Source: an uncultured bacterium
GTDB taxonomy: Bacteria > Patescibacteriota > Microgenomatia > UBA1400 > PJMF01
Direction of reading: 5' to 3'
DNA: 64,000 bases
Assembly: GCA_903842795.1 (NCBI GenBank)
Contig: CAIMNJ010000013.1
Coordinates: forward strand, 5,302-69,301
A program made the translations under genes and the position numbers. Below the pieces are notes generated by a model. The model did not search any database. It was given only the letters and a program-made list of their open reading frames with translations, and was not told where the DNA came from. Positions 29,385 to 38,209 of the stretch are shown here, in pieces (positions within the stretch are counted from its first letter, which is position 1; every line of letters begins with the position of its first letter).

Positions 29385-30494
29385 ATGACCGACCAAGCCC
29401 CCCTCAAGAAAATACCCAAATCCCTTCAGGAAGATATAAAAGCCCTTATCAAATTAGCTAATTCTCGTGGCTACGTGACTCAAGATGAAATTCTCGATGT
29501 TTTCGTGGAGCCAGAAATTTATGTTGATGAGCTCGATGATCTTTATGATCGTTTTTTCAAGAAAAATATTGATATTTTTGAATCAGTTTCCCAAGATGAG
29601 AGTGCTGGTGATGAAGATGTTTTGAAACAAGAATTGGATGTTCTTGCCAATCTTGGTAGTGTTGGTGTGTCTGATCCAGTTAGAATGTACTTGAAAGAAA
29701 TTGGTCGTATTCCTTTGCTCAATCGTGAAGAAGAAATTCGTCTTGCTCAGGAAGTGGAAGCAGGCAGTGACAAAGCCAAAAAAGGCCTAATCGATGCCAA
29801 CTTGCGTTTGGTTGTGTCTATCGCCAAGAAATATATTGGTCGCGGCATGACTTTCTTGGACTTAATTCAGGAAGGCAATAAGGGTTTGATCCGTGCTGTA
29901 GAGAAATATGATTGGACCAAAGGTTTTAAGTTTTCTACTTATGCAACTTGGTGGATTCGTCAGGCCATTACTCGTTCGATTGCTGACCAGGCTCGTACGA
30001 TTCGTATTCCTGTTCACATGGTTGAGACGATCAATAAACTCATGCGTACTTCTCGTCGCTTAATGCAAGATCTTGGTCGCGAGCCAAGTCCAGAGGAAAT
30101 TGGTGAAAAAATGGATCTCGAACCAGATAAAGTGCGTGAAATTCTCAAGATTTCACAAAACACCACTTCTTTGGAAACTCCAGTTGGTGACGGTGAAGAT
30201 GATAGTACTTTGGGTGATTTCATTGCTGATGATAAACAAGACAGTCCTTATGACACCACCAGCAAGCAAATGCTTTCTGAAAATGTAGAAGAAGTGCTTA
30301 AGGCTCTTTCTGATCGTGAAGCCAAAGTTTTGCGTATGCGCTTTGGTTTAGCTGGTAATCGTACTATGACCTTGGAAGAAGTTGGTAAAGAATTTGGTGT
30401 TACTCGTGAGCGTATTCGTCAGATTGAAGCCAAGGCTTTGCGTAAACTCAAGCATCCAAGTAAGCGTAAGAAATTGCAAGACTTTTTAGAATAG
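29385..30494 (+). CDS. rpoD: RNA polymerase sigma-70 factor
   Basis: Region 2 ([31 protein letters not shown]), region 3 and region 4 ([21 protein letters not shown]). The start was taken at MTDQAPL. Confidence 0.85.
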   Translation: MTDQAPLKKIPKSLQEDIKALIKLANSRGYVTQDEILDVFVEPEIYVDELDDLYDRFFKKNIDIFESVSQDESAGDEDVLKQELDVLANLGSVGVSDPVRMYLKEIGRIPLLNREEEIRLAQEVEAGSDKAKKGLIDANLRLVVSIAKKYIGRGMTFLDLIQEGNKGLIRAVEKYDWTKGFKFSTYATWWIRQAITRSIADQARTIRIPVHMVETINKLMRTSRRLMQDLGREPSPEEIGEKMDLEPDKVREILKISQNTTSLETPVGDGEDDSTLGDFIADDKQDSPYDTTSKQMLSENVEEVLKALSDREAKVLRMRFGLAGNRTMTLEEVGKEFGVTRERIRQIEAKALRKLKHPSKRKKLQDFLE

Positions 30495-30501
30495 TTTCTT
30501 A

Positions 30502-31236
30502 TTGTCTATGAAATTTGTTTCAATCAATATTGAAGGTGATAAGCATTTTGAACGCATTCTTCCGTTTTTGGTGGCAGAAAAACCAGACGTATTAGCTTTA
30601 CAAGAGATTTTTGAAGCTGACCTCGACATTATTAAGCAAACCACTGGTTTGAACAACTGTATTTTTTATCCTCAAGCCAATATTACTAAGCCTAATATTC
30701 ATTTGCCTTTGCGCGGTAATTGGGGGGTAGCCATTTTTGCTAGAGATATTGTTGAAGCTGAGCATTTTTATTACTTTGGTCATCAAAATGGAGTGATTGC
30801 TACTTTTGAGAATGAACAACCAGATCTAATTGATCGCGTAGTGATTGTTGCTAAAGCCAGAGTGGCTGGTGAAGATTTCCAAGTAGCCACAGTTCATTTT
30901 ACTTGGTCTGGCAAGGCAGAAACCACTGATGCCCAGCGCAGAGATTATGCGGTTTTGCAGAATTTCCTAGATAAGTTTGAGGAAATGATTCTTTGTGGTG
31001 ATCTCAATGCTGCTCGTGGCGCAGAAATTTGGTCTGCTTTGGCCAAAAAATATACTGATAATATTCCTGCCGAAATCGAAACTACAATCGACCGCAATCT
31101 ACATAAGTCAGGCAAAGATATACGTTTAGTGGTGGATACTCTTTTTACCAGTTCACATTATGGTGTGAGCAATGAGCGTGTGGTTGCCAATACTAGTGAT
31201 CATATGGCGGTGGTGGCGGAAATTGAGAGAGTTTAA
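30502..31236 (+). CDS. Endonuclease/exonuclease/phosphatase (EEP) family protein
   Basis: ALQEI near the N-terminus and SDH near the C-terminus, typical of the EEP fold. Confidence 0.65.
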   Translation: MSMKFVSINIEGDKHFERILPFLVAEKPDVLALQEIFEADLDIIKQTTGLNNCIFYPQANITKPNIHLPLRGNWGVAIFARDIVEAEHFYYFGHQNGVIATFENEQPDLIDRVVIVAKARVAGEDFQVATVHFTWSGKAETTDAQRRDYAVLQNFLDKFEEMILCGDLNAARGAEIWSALAKKYTDNIPAEIETTIDRNLHKSGKDIRLVVDTLFTSSHYGVSNERVVANTSDHMAVVAEIERV

Positions 31237-31295
31237 TCCTCTGGCATTTTGACTAATTAGTTGGTAAAATCACTAACGTCTTAACAAGTAAACAA

Positions 31296-31367
31296 TCCCC
31301 GATAGCTCAACGGCAGAGCAGGAAGCTGTTAACTTCAAGGTTCGTGGTTCGAATCCACGTCGGGGAG
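31296..31367 (+). tRNA. tRNA-Asn (anticodon GTT)
   Basis: Acceptor TCCCCGA/TCGGGGA, D-arm GCTC..GAGC, anticodon loop CTGTTAA, and T-arm CGTGG-TTCGAAT-CCACG. Confidence 0.8.
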
Positions 31368-31417
31368 CAAAATAAACGTCCTTCATCAAATTACTTCAAT
31401 TTGATAATATATAACGT

Positions 31418-31846
31418 ATGGCAACAACAAATCCTTGGATTAACTTCAATGGTAATGCGCAGGAAGCGTTTGAATTTTACAAATCAGTTTTTGGCGGCGA
31501 GTTTACAAAAATTGTACGTTTTAAAGATATCGCAAGTGATGAATTCCCAGTGCCGGAAAAAGAGGAAAATAAGATCATGTATATTGCTTTGCCCATCGGT
31601 AAAAGCAATATGTTGATTGCCAATGATGTCCCAGAGTTTATGGGGCAAGTAAACGAAAATGAAAACAGGAGTAAGATTTTAATCAGTACGGAAAGTAAAG
31701 AAGAGGCTGATAGATTATTTACTGGCCTTTCAACAGGAGGAAGTGTGGAAGGACCTATGGGCGATAGTCCTTGGGGTACTTATGCTGGTATGTTCAGAGA
31801 TAAATATGGTATTGAATGGCTGATAGAATTTTCTTCTAGTAAATAA
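31418..31846 (+). CDS. VOC-superfamily protein, PhnB-like
   Basis: INFNGNAQEAFEFYKSVFGGEF is the PhnB/COG2764 N-terminal signature. Confidence 0.7.
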   Translation: MATTNPWINFNGNAQEAFEFYKSVFGGEFTKIVRFKDIASDEFPVPEKEENKIMYIALPIGKSNMLIANDVPEFMGQVNENENRSKILISTESKEEADRLFTGLSTGGSVEGPMGDSPWGTYAGMFRDKYGIEWLIEFSSSK

Positions 31847-31992
31847 ATACCTTATCTTCAGAGCATGGACAACATCCGAATTGTGAATCTGGACAGGGGA
31901 GCATTCATCTCTAAGTTAGAAACTTTCTTACATACCTCGCCAGTGCGAGCATTCTTAAATAGATAAAACATCTTTTCATTCAAGCAAGATCC

Positions 31993-33045
31993 TTGTTTTT
32001 GATTTATCATGGTTTCATGTTAGATGAATCTTCTCAGGTGGATACGGAAAAACTTTTACAAGATTATCGCAAACGTGAAGATTTAAGAATTGAATCTTGG
32101 CAACGAAATGCTCAAGAATATTTCAGAATCAGTAGAAAACAAGTTGATAGATCTGTCGCTTGGAGATCGGAATCTAACAGATTGCCTAATGCTGAGGAAA
32201 TTTCTTCAAATAGAGGTTGGCCTAGCGCAGAAGAAGAATCAGAACTAAAGAGAATATTTTTTGAAAATTTCAGACAAATAGTTTTAGAAAAACTTCAAGG
32301 AGATAAAGCCAAATTAGAAGGAACACTAGGTCTTCTTTATGGTGTTTATTTTCTAAATTATATTATTGGTGGCTTATTGATTAACAAATATTTCGATTAT
32401 TCTAGTTTTCAAAAATGGGAGAATTCTCACTGGGAAAGTCACGAGGAAAATCTAAATCCAAATAATCTTGATGAATGGCCAATGAAAATTGAAATAGATA
32501 GGAAAAGGAGTGCATCGGTTAGCGATAACTTTTTTGGACCTTCAATACGAATTATGGTTGGTGCAGCTAAATATAAAAGTGAAAAACCACATGAAAAAAT
32601 AATGGTCAAATTAGGAGAAAAGAAACAAAAAATTAAAAGTTGGGGTGGTCTAAAATCAAAAGAAATCAGTGTACCGATTTACGAATTTCCAATGTCAGAA
32701 GTCGATGAGGCAATATTAACTGGAATTGAAGAGGCTCATCATTCGTTAATTAGATACTTTTCACTTATTCATGGAATAAAAGTTGAAGATGGAGATCTTA
32801 GATCTCAGGCAACAATTGAAGTTATTGACACTGTTATGGCCAGAGAATCAGTTAATGATCTTTTAGATTATAAAATAATGTATTCAGCATCCAGATTTGT
32901 AGAATATGCAGCAGATTTGGCTCAAGGACTCTATGTCGTTAAATATTTGCCAGAAACTTGGGAAAGCGGATATAAAGATTTTATTGCTGCTATTAGAAGA
33001 AAAAGATCTGAGTTGAAAAAAGCAAAAGCTCAGAAAAATGATTAA
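31993..33045 (+). CDS. Hypothetical protein. An alternative start lies at 32017.
   Basis: A long ORF with coding-like composition. I recognise no family. Confidence 0.4.
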   Translation: MFLIYHGFMLDESSQVDTEKLLQDYRKREDLRIESWQRNAQEYFRISRKQVDRSVAWRSESNRLPNAEEISSNRGWPSAEEESELKRIFFENFRQIVLEKLQGDKAKLEGTLGLLYGVYFLNYIIGGLLINKYFDYSSFQKWENSHWESHEENLNPNNLDEWPMKIEIDRKRSASVSDNFFGPSIRIMVGAAKYKSEKPHEKIMVKLGEKKQKIKSWGGLKSKEISVPIYEFPMSEVDEAILTGIEEAHHSLIRYFSLIHGIKVEDGDLRSQATIEVIDTVMARESVNDLLDYKIMYSASRFVEYAADLAQGLYVVKYLPETWESGYKDFIAAIRRKRSELKKAKAQKND

Positions 33046-33082
33046 TTTTTTGCTATTTTTAAAAAACTTTCTTACCTATATC

Positions 33083-33478
33083 TTATAAAGCAAATCCTTT
33101 TGGATAAATCACATTAGTATGGTCGTATAGGTTTTTTAAATTAACTTTTCCAACTTCTGGATATCTCAGTCTTTTATTTTCATTGTGTATAAAAATGGCG
33201 TTGCCATCTGTGTCAGCGCAAAGTCTAACGTCTAGTGAAAGTTTGTTATTGGCAAATTGTTGTCTAATATCTGCTAAAACGGTTAAAGCATGATTAACAT
33301 TTAAAGGAGCATCAAATATCAAATCCATATCAATATCTCCGCTCGGGTCCCAATTATGTTCTGCGTATGATCCACCAAAAACAACAGCTTGTAAGCCGTC
33401 TTTGCCAATATTTCTATCAACTATTTCTGGCACCAAGCTGTAAATATATTCAAAATTTGTTTCATTCATATTGTTCAT
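33083..33478 (-). CDS. Minimal nucleotidyltransferase (Pol-beta superfamily, MNT-like)
   Basis: The GS-x9-13-DxD core: FGGSYAEHNWDPSGDIDMDLIF. Confidence 0.65.
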   Translation of the reverse strand: MNNMNETNFEYIYSLVPEIVDRNIGKDGLQAVVFGGSYAEHNWDPSGDIDMDLIFDAPLNVNHALTVLADIRQQFANNKLSLDVRLCADTDGNAIFIHNENKRLRYPEVGKVNLKNLYDHTNVIYPKGFAL

Positions 33479-33570
33479 TTTCTCATGTTTTAAAATATTT
33501 TGTTTTGGAAACGTTGACTTTCAAAGTGGTTCTACTTCATACTGTAAGATAAGAAGTACAGGATTTAAAT

Positions 33571-35358
33571 ATGATAGAAACACATGATGGTCAAATTGAT
33601 GTCACTGAAGCTGATAAAAATTTAGACAAGCAAAAGCCTCATATAGGTTTGCTAGAGGTTGATAGGGTGACGCCAACAAGCAGAGAATATATTTTGAAAT
33701 TGATATCAACAATAAATCTAACTGAACTTACTGATGGAAATGCTTTGTTAGTGGTTGATGCTTGGCCAAATTACACTGGAAAGTTAAAAGACCCACAACT
33801 TTTGATGACTAGATTTAGGGAAAAGTTTGCCGAGATTATTAAGCGAAATCAATCTCCACTTATAAATGCGGAAGAAATTCTTGAAGCTTATCATGAAGCG
33901 ATTAGAACACTTGATGATCACTACGACACTCGTGGAGGAAAGTTTCTTGAAATAGAAACATGGAGCAACCTACTTAATTATTTTTCCATTCCAGTTCTGC
34001 CAAATTTAATAGCAGAAATGAAACAGGATGGAGCCAAGCTATCATTAGCTGAAAAATATGAGCAAAATGCAAGAATGTGGTCTGAAGAAGGTGAGAAAGT
34101 AGCTGATTTATCTAAAGAGTCTGATAAACAAGAAAAAACTCCCAATCATGAGATAAAGAGTGTTGAGGGTTTTGCTCAGGGAATAGTTGAGCTGAGACAA
34201 TTATTGGAAAAAATTATTTCAGATCCTGATGATAATCGTGTGCCAACCATTGACGAACTCCATGAAATTGAGTCTAGACTTATTGAGCTTTGGAATGAAG
34301 CCGGTTTAGATGAGGTGAGTCCGCTGATTAGTGAGGCCCTGCAACCACTTTTTGTTACTCCTGACAGCAAAACTCGTTTTCATGAAGCAAGTGTTGAGTA
34401 CAAAGTTGTAATAAAAGAATTGCCATATTCAGTTGCTGATGGAGAAAAGTTTTTATCTATTATAAAAGACGAGCGTGAGTTTAAGCGCTTTATGCTGGCA
34501 GATATCACCAATTCGGTGAGATATATTTTCCTACTTCAGTTTGATGCTTGGATAAATCCTCCTCCACCAGAACCATTTAAGAATAAAAATAAGCATAATG
34601 GTGATTCCGATCGTTTTGATTACTTTGAATCCAGCTCTAAAAGAAAAAAACTTGAGCCGGCTTATTCAGAAGATGACAAAAAACATGCGAGAGAAATGGT
34701 TCAAAATCAAGAGCGAGAAGTTGATTTTCGTAGTCTAACTCACGAGCTATTTTTAGCTTATAAGGATCAGCTCACTAATTACGCCATTAGTGTAATTGGA
34801 TGTGACAATATCAGATGGGGCCTGATGGGATATGGAGATCTTGAAGAAGCCAAAAAATTTGATGATGTGCTAAATGAGCTGATAAAGGAAGCGCAAACCC
34901 AGATTTTTGCCAAATCTCAGCTGGCTATTTTTCAAGGATTTGAGCAATCATCTTTAGATCAGCTCGCTACTTATGCAAGACTGATTAGAGCTGCTGGGCC
35001 GCATTCCAAATTAGGAAAATTTTATCGAGAACAAGTCAAACAAATTAACGATTTGTTATATGGTGAGCCGTTAGTTGATTCTGAGGATGAGATTGAGGAT
35101 TTTATGGTTGATAAGAAGCCTGAATTATCTCGCGAAGAGCGTATTGCAGAAGCAAGAAAAAATGGCACATTGCGATTATGGTCTGGACGATTGTTTTCTG
35201 TTCCTGGGGATTCTTTTTACTACGATAGCATTCCAGTGCCAGCGGAAACTGAAGACTCGGTGAATGAAGCAACAGACAAAGATAATGGCTTACTAAAACA
35301 ATTTTTCACTGATTTGCTTAATAGAATCAAAGTTCGTTGGCAGCGTCGTAGAGAATAG
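33571..35358 (+). CDS. Hypothetical cytoplasmic protein (595 aa, acidic)
   Basis: An uninterrupted ORF with no recognisable motifs. Confidence 0.45.
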   Translation: MIETHDGQIDVTEADKNLDKQKPHIGLLEVDRVTPTSREYILKLISTINLTELTDGNALLVVDAWPNYTGKLKDPQLLMTRFREKFAEIIKRNQSPLINAEEILEAYHEAIRTLDDHYDTRGGKFLEIETWSNLLNYFSIPVLPNLIAEMKQDGAKLSLAEKYEQNARMWSEEGEKVADLSKESDKQEKTPNHEIKSVEGFAQGIVELRQLLEKIISDPDDNRVPTIDELHEIESRLIELWNEAGLDEVSPLISEALQPLFVTPDSKTRFHEASVEYKVVIKELPYSVADGEKFLSIIKDEREFKRFMLADITNSVRYIFLLQFDAWINPPPPEPFKNKNKHNGDSDRFDYFESSSKRKKLEPAYSEDDKKHAREMVQNQEREVDFRSLTHELFLAYKDQLTNYAISVIGCDNIRWGLMGYGDLEEAKKFDDVLNELIKEAQTQIFAKSQLAIFQGFEQSSLDQLATYARLIRAAGPHSKLGKFYREQVKQINDLLYGEPLVDSEDEIEDFMVDKKPELSREERIAEARKNGTLRLWSGRLFSVPGDSFYYDSIPVPAETEDSVNEATDKDNGLLKQFFTDLLNRIKVRWQRRRE

Positions 35359-35467
35359 GCCTATAACATTGATTTTTCTTATTTTTATTGATATAATGAA
35401 CTGTTCCTAATTCTTGAGACAATGGCTGTCTCAACACAACCTAGGAACACTAAAAAGGAGGTGCATC

Positions 35468-35587
35468 ATGACAATCTTGATGCACAAAAAAGTAGGAGAT
35501 TCCTCCTACATCGAAGACCATAAGCCTTGGTTGGCTATTGGAGTCTGGCTTGCATTGGGCTGGCGCCCGGGTCCAAGCCCTTCATAA
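35468..35587 (+). CDS. Candidate small ORF (39 aa, Trp-rich hydrophobic peptide) with an excellent RBS
   Basis: aaaaaggaggtgcatcATG; the peptide is MTILMHKKVGDSSYIEDHKPWLAIGVWLALGWRPGPSPS. It lies inside a structured leader and is followed by a terminator. Confidence 0.3.
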   Translation: MTILMHKKVGDSSYIEDHKPWLAIGVWLALGWRPGPSPS

Positions 35588-35623
35588 CTTCGATGTAAGA
35601 AGTATTTTCTTGCTTCCAAAACC

Positions 35624-35653
35624 AGCTCGCTCTGCCTTTAAGGGGAGCGAGCT
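35624..35653 (+). terminator. Intrinsic terminator/attenuator hairpin immediately upstream of the 35686 gene
   Basis: AGCTCGCTC-loop-GAGCGAGCT followed by atttcttttt. Confidence 0.45.
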
Positions 35654-35685
35654 ATTTCTTTTTAAATTGCTCAAACTGTTATAAT

Positions 35686-36249
35686 TTGTCTATGTCTAAA
35701 AATCTTTCTTCCGCCCAAGCAGAACAATTACTCAAATTGTTGCAAACCCGTTTCACTACAAACCAAAGGCGTCACCAAAATTTAGTTTGGGGCAAAATTC
35801 AAGAAAAACTATTAGCTAATCAAGAAAAACTTTGGTCACTTGCTGAAATGGAAAACACTGGTGGTGAGCCAGATGTCATTGCTTATGATCAGAAAACCAA
35901 AGAGTATATTTTTGGTGATTGCTCCGCTGAAACTCCCAAGGGCCGCCGTAGTCTTTGTTATGACGAGGCAGCTCTCAAATCTCGTAAAGAATTTAAGCCA
36001 AAATCTTCTGCAGTCACAATGGCTGCTGAGATGGGGACAGTTTTGATGACCGAAGATGATTATCAACAATTACAAACCATTGGTGAATTTGACCTCAAAA
36101 CTTCCAGTTGGTTGCAAACCCCAGCTGCCATTCGTAAATTGGGTGGAGCCATTTTTGCCGATCGCCGTTATGATCATGTCTTTATTTATCATAATGGTGC
36201 TGAGTCGTATTATGCTGTGCGTGGTTTTCGCGTCTTATTAAGAGTTTAA
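35686..36249 (+). CDS. Hypothetical protein (possibly DUF4256-like)
   Basis: A 187-aa soluble ORF. The family assignment is from memory and weak. Confidence 0.45.
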   Translation: MSMSKNLSSAQAEQLLKLLQTRFTTNQRRHQNLVWGKIQEKLLANQEKLWSLAEMENTGGEPDVIAYDQKTKEYIFGDCSAETPKGRRSLCYDEAALKSRKEFKPKSSAVTMAAEMGTVLMTEDDYQQLQTIGEFDLKTSSWLQTPAAIRKLGGAIFADRRYDHVFIYHNGAESYYAVRGFRVLLRV

Positions 36250-36261
36250 TGAATTAAAAAT

Positions 36262-36501
36262 ATGATTGAAAAAGCAATTGAAACTGAAGTTAATAAAGCC
36301 ATTACTTTTAAAGAGGGAATGGAAGTGATTTGTCAACGTCGCTACGGATCTGAAATAATGATTGTTCATCGTGTTTATGACATTCCTAGTGAAAGAGAGC
36401 GGCAGATGGCTTTGCATCATCAGCATGTAGTATTACGTCACAAAAATGGAGCAGTTGATCCAGACTCATTAAGTGGCTATTATTTGACTTTACCAAAATA
36501 A
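36262..36501 (+). CDS. Hypothetical small protein (79 aa)
   Basis: An ORF co-directional with the upstream gene. Confidence 0.35.
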   Translation: MIEKAIETEVNKAITFKEGMEVICQRRYGSEIMIVHRVYDIPSERERQMALHHQHVVLRHKNGAVDPDSLSGYYLTLPK

Positions 36502-36531
36502 ATTATTGCAGAAAAAATAAAGAAAGAATTT

Positions 36532-36559
36532 CCCACCTCCCTGTTTCCAGGGAGGTGGG
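36532..36559. terminator. Perfect 12-bp GC hairpin terminator
   Basis: CCCACCTCCCTG-tttc-CAGGGAGGTGGG. A T-rich run follows on the minus strand, downstream of the 36569..36925 gene. Confidence 0.6.
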
Positions 36560-36568
36560 GGTGGTTGT

Positions 36569-36925
36569 TTAGAACCACCAGCGGTGCATCATGGGCATGA
36601 GCGGACTGAACACGCCGAGGAAGAGGTAGACGATGACGAAGATGTTGAATGCGTACACAACACCAAGCGCGACTGCGCTCTTCCAGTTGAGTTTGGCGGT
36701 GGCGATAAAACCTGCCACAGCCGTCACCAAACTGGAAATCGCCAAGAACCATATTCTTCCCGGCAGCATCAGAAACGGAGCAAGACCCAAAACTGTGGTC
36801 AGCACACCGTTTTTCCAATACTTTTGAATGTTCCAAAGCGACCATACCCAGGCCGCAATGACAGTGAAGGGTGACAACACTGCCAAGATGGATTCGAGCA
36901 AGCTTAGTTGGATACTAATATGCAT
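36569..36925 (-). CDS. Small polytopic membrane protein inside a GC-rich islet
   Basis: 118 aa with 3-4 TM helices. It has the strong RBS aaaggaggatttcgacATG and local GC near 52%. Confidence 0.55.
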   Translation of the reverse strand: MHISIQLSLLESILAVLSPFTVIAAWVWSLWNIQKYWKNGVLTTVLGLAPFLMLPGRIWFLAISSLVTAVAGFIATAKLNWKSAVALGVVYAFNIFVIVYLFLGVFSPLMPMMHRWWF

Positions 36926-37031
36926 GTCGAAATCCTCCTTTAAAAATGGTCTCTACCCAGCTGTCAGTGCGCTTTGCACCAGACAGTTGAATAGGTTTCC
37001 ATTTTTAAGTTTTTCAGATTATTTTAAAGTG

Positions 37032-37060
37032 CATTCCCTCCTGTTTTGCAGGAGGGAATG
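37032..37060. terminator. Perfect 12-bp GC hairpin terminator
   Basis: CATTCCCTCCTG-ttttg-CAGGAGGGAATG, downstream of the 37081..37386 gene on the minus strand. Confidence 0.6.
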
Positions 37061-37080
37061 ATGGTGGAGCTGACCACTCT

Positions 37081-37386
37081 CTAGAACCAGAGAATGGTCT
37101 TGGTCAGAACATATTGGACCAAGACCCAGCCACTTAGTGGAATAAGCGCCAAGCCAGACCAGAACCACCAACCCTTGAGTTGGAGAGTAAAGATCAGGCT
37201 AATAGAGGCATACATCGCCCAGAAGAGCAGGTAGATAGGACTGCCTGTTGCAACTGAAGAGCCAAGTGCGAAGCCGCCAAAAATTAAGAGGCAGCCAAGC
37301 GCGAGGTTGCGATGCCATTTCCACAAGTAAATGCCGGGGATGAGCCAAGCCAACAGGTGAATCAGGATGATCAGCCAGTTATTCAT
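37081..37386 (-). CDS. Small polytopic membrane protein inside a GC-rich islet
   Basis: 101 aa with 3 TM helices and a Trp-rich C-terminus. RBS aaggaaaggaggtaagaacATG. Confidence 0.55.
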   Translation of the reverse strand: MNNWLIILIHLLAWLIPGIYLWKWHRNLALGCLLIFGGFALGSSVATGSPIYLLFWAMYASISLIFTLQLKGWWFWSGLALIPLSGWVLVQYVLTKTILWF

Positions 37387-37593
37387 GTTCTTACCTCCTT
37401 TCCTTGTATCAGGATGTGATTATTGCCGTCCTAGCATTTAAAAATAAAAGGACAACAATAGAACATCCTAAACAAGTCAAGAAAGCTCTTTGAAAGAGCG
37501 AGCTTTGATTGCTTACAATCTAACTCACAGGTGGGTATTATATCAAATTGGATCAAATAGGTATAAATTGTAGAAATAACTTCTTCCAAAAAT

Positions 37594-38169
37594 ATGTTAG
37601 ACTTGGAATATAAACAAAATATGCTTGATGGTTTTCGTGTGACAGAAATGATAGATGCAGCTCCTGCTTATGAAATTGGTGAGGACTTTTCCAATGTTGA
37701 TGCTGTGGGAGCGATTGTTTTTGATCCAGAGCACAAGAGGATTTTATTGGTGAGGCGTTTGGAAAAAGAAACGGATGAAACAGGAGTGCAGATTCCTAAA
37801 GACAAAAGAAACAAAGTTGATTCTAATGGTAACATTATTTTGGCGCTGCCCAGTGGCAGTGGTCCGCTAAAAGACGATCCAACAAATCCTGACCTAGCAA
37901 TTCTCAAAGAAATTAGAAGCGAAACTGGTAGTTTTCCGGCTCTTATAAGAAGATTTCATACTTACAAAAGCAATCATGCTCCTAATGCTAAAAAAGTTGG
38001 TTTTTATATTGCAGAAATGAGTCCAGATTCACTTAGTCTTACCAATCCACATAAAGACTGGCCAGGTTGGTTTCCTGTAGAATGGTTTGGTGACAAGATT
38101 ATCTTGCCATATGCGGAACACAACCAGGTAGTGTTGGATTATCTCAAAGAACAATCTGAATTTGATTAA
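37594..38169 (+). CDS. Nudix-like hydrolase with a degenerate Nudix box
   Basis: GSGPLKDDPTNPDLAILKEIRSETG approximates GX5EX7REUXEEXGU with substitutions and an insertion. Confidence 0.35.
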   Translation: MLDLEYKQNMLDGFRVTEMIDAAPAYEIGEDFSNVDAVGAIVFDPEHKRILLVRRLEKETDETGVQIPKDKRNKVDSNGNIILALPSGSGPLKDDPTNPDLAILKEIRSETGSFPALIRRFHTYKSNHAPNAKKVGFYIAEMSPDSLSLTNPHKDWPGWFPVEWFGDKIILPYAEHNQVVLDYLKEQSEFD

Positions 38170-38209
38170 ATGCATCAATTCTTGAGTTATTTAGTGTTTT
38201 TATGTTTTA

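Noticed and set aside
31344-31616. 90-aa plus-strand ORF starting inside tRNA-Asn
   Set aside because: It overlaps the tRNA-Asn 3' half and then runs out of frame across the well-supported PhnB-like gene starting at 31418.
31993-35358. HEPN-like Rx4-6H motifs in the 350-aa (RYFSLIH) and 595-aa (RAAGPH) neighbours of the orphan nucleotidyltransferase
   Set aside because: The motif is too short to be diagnostic. The genes are not co-oriented in an operon with the NTase, and no surrounding HEPN helical signature can be judged by eye.
36480-37061. Cluster of overlapping 60-120-aa ORFs on both strands (36480..36845-, 36584..36874+, 36633..36827+, 36828..37061+)
   Set aside because: High-GC islet DNA produces long spurious open frames. 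Only 36569..36925(-) and 37081..37386(-) have canonical RBSs, TM-protein composition and downstream terminators.
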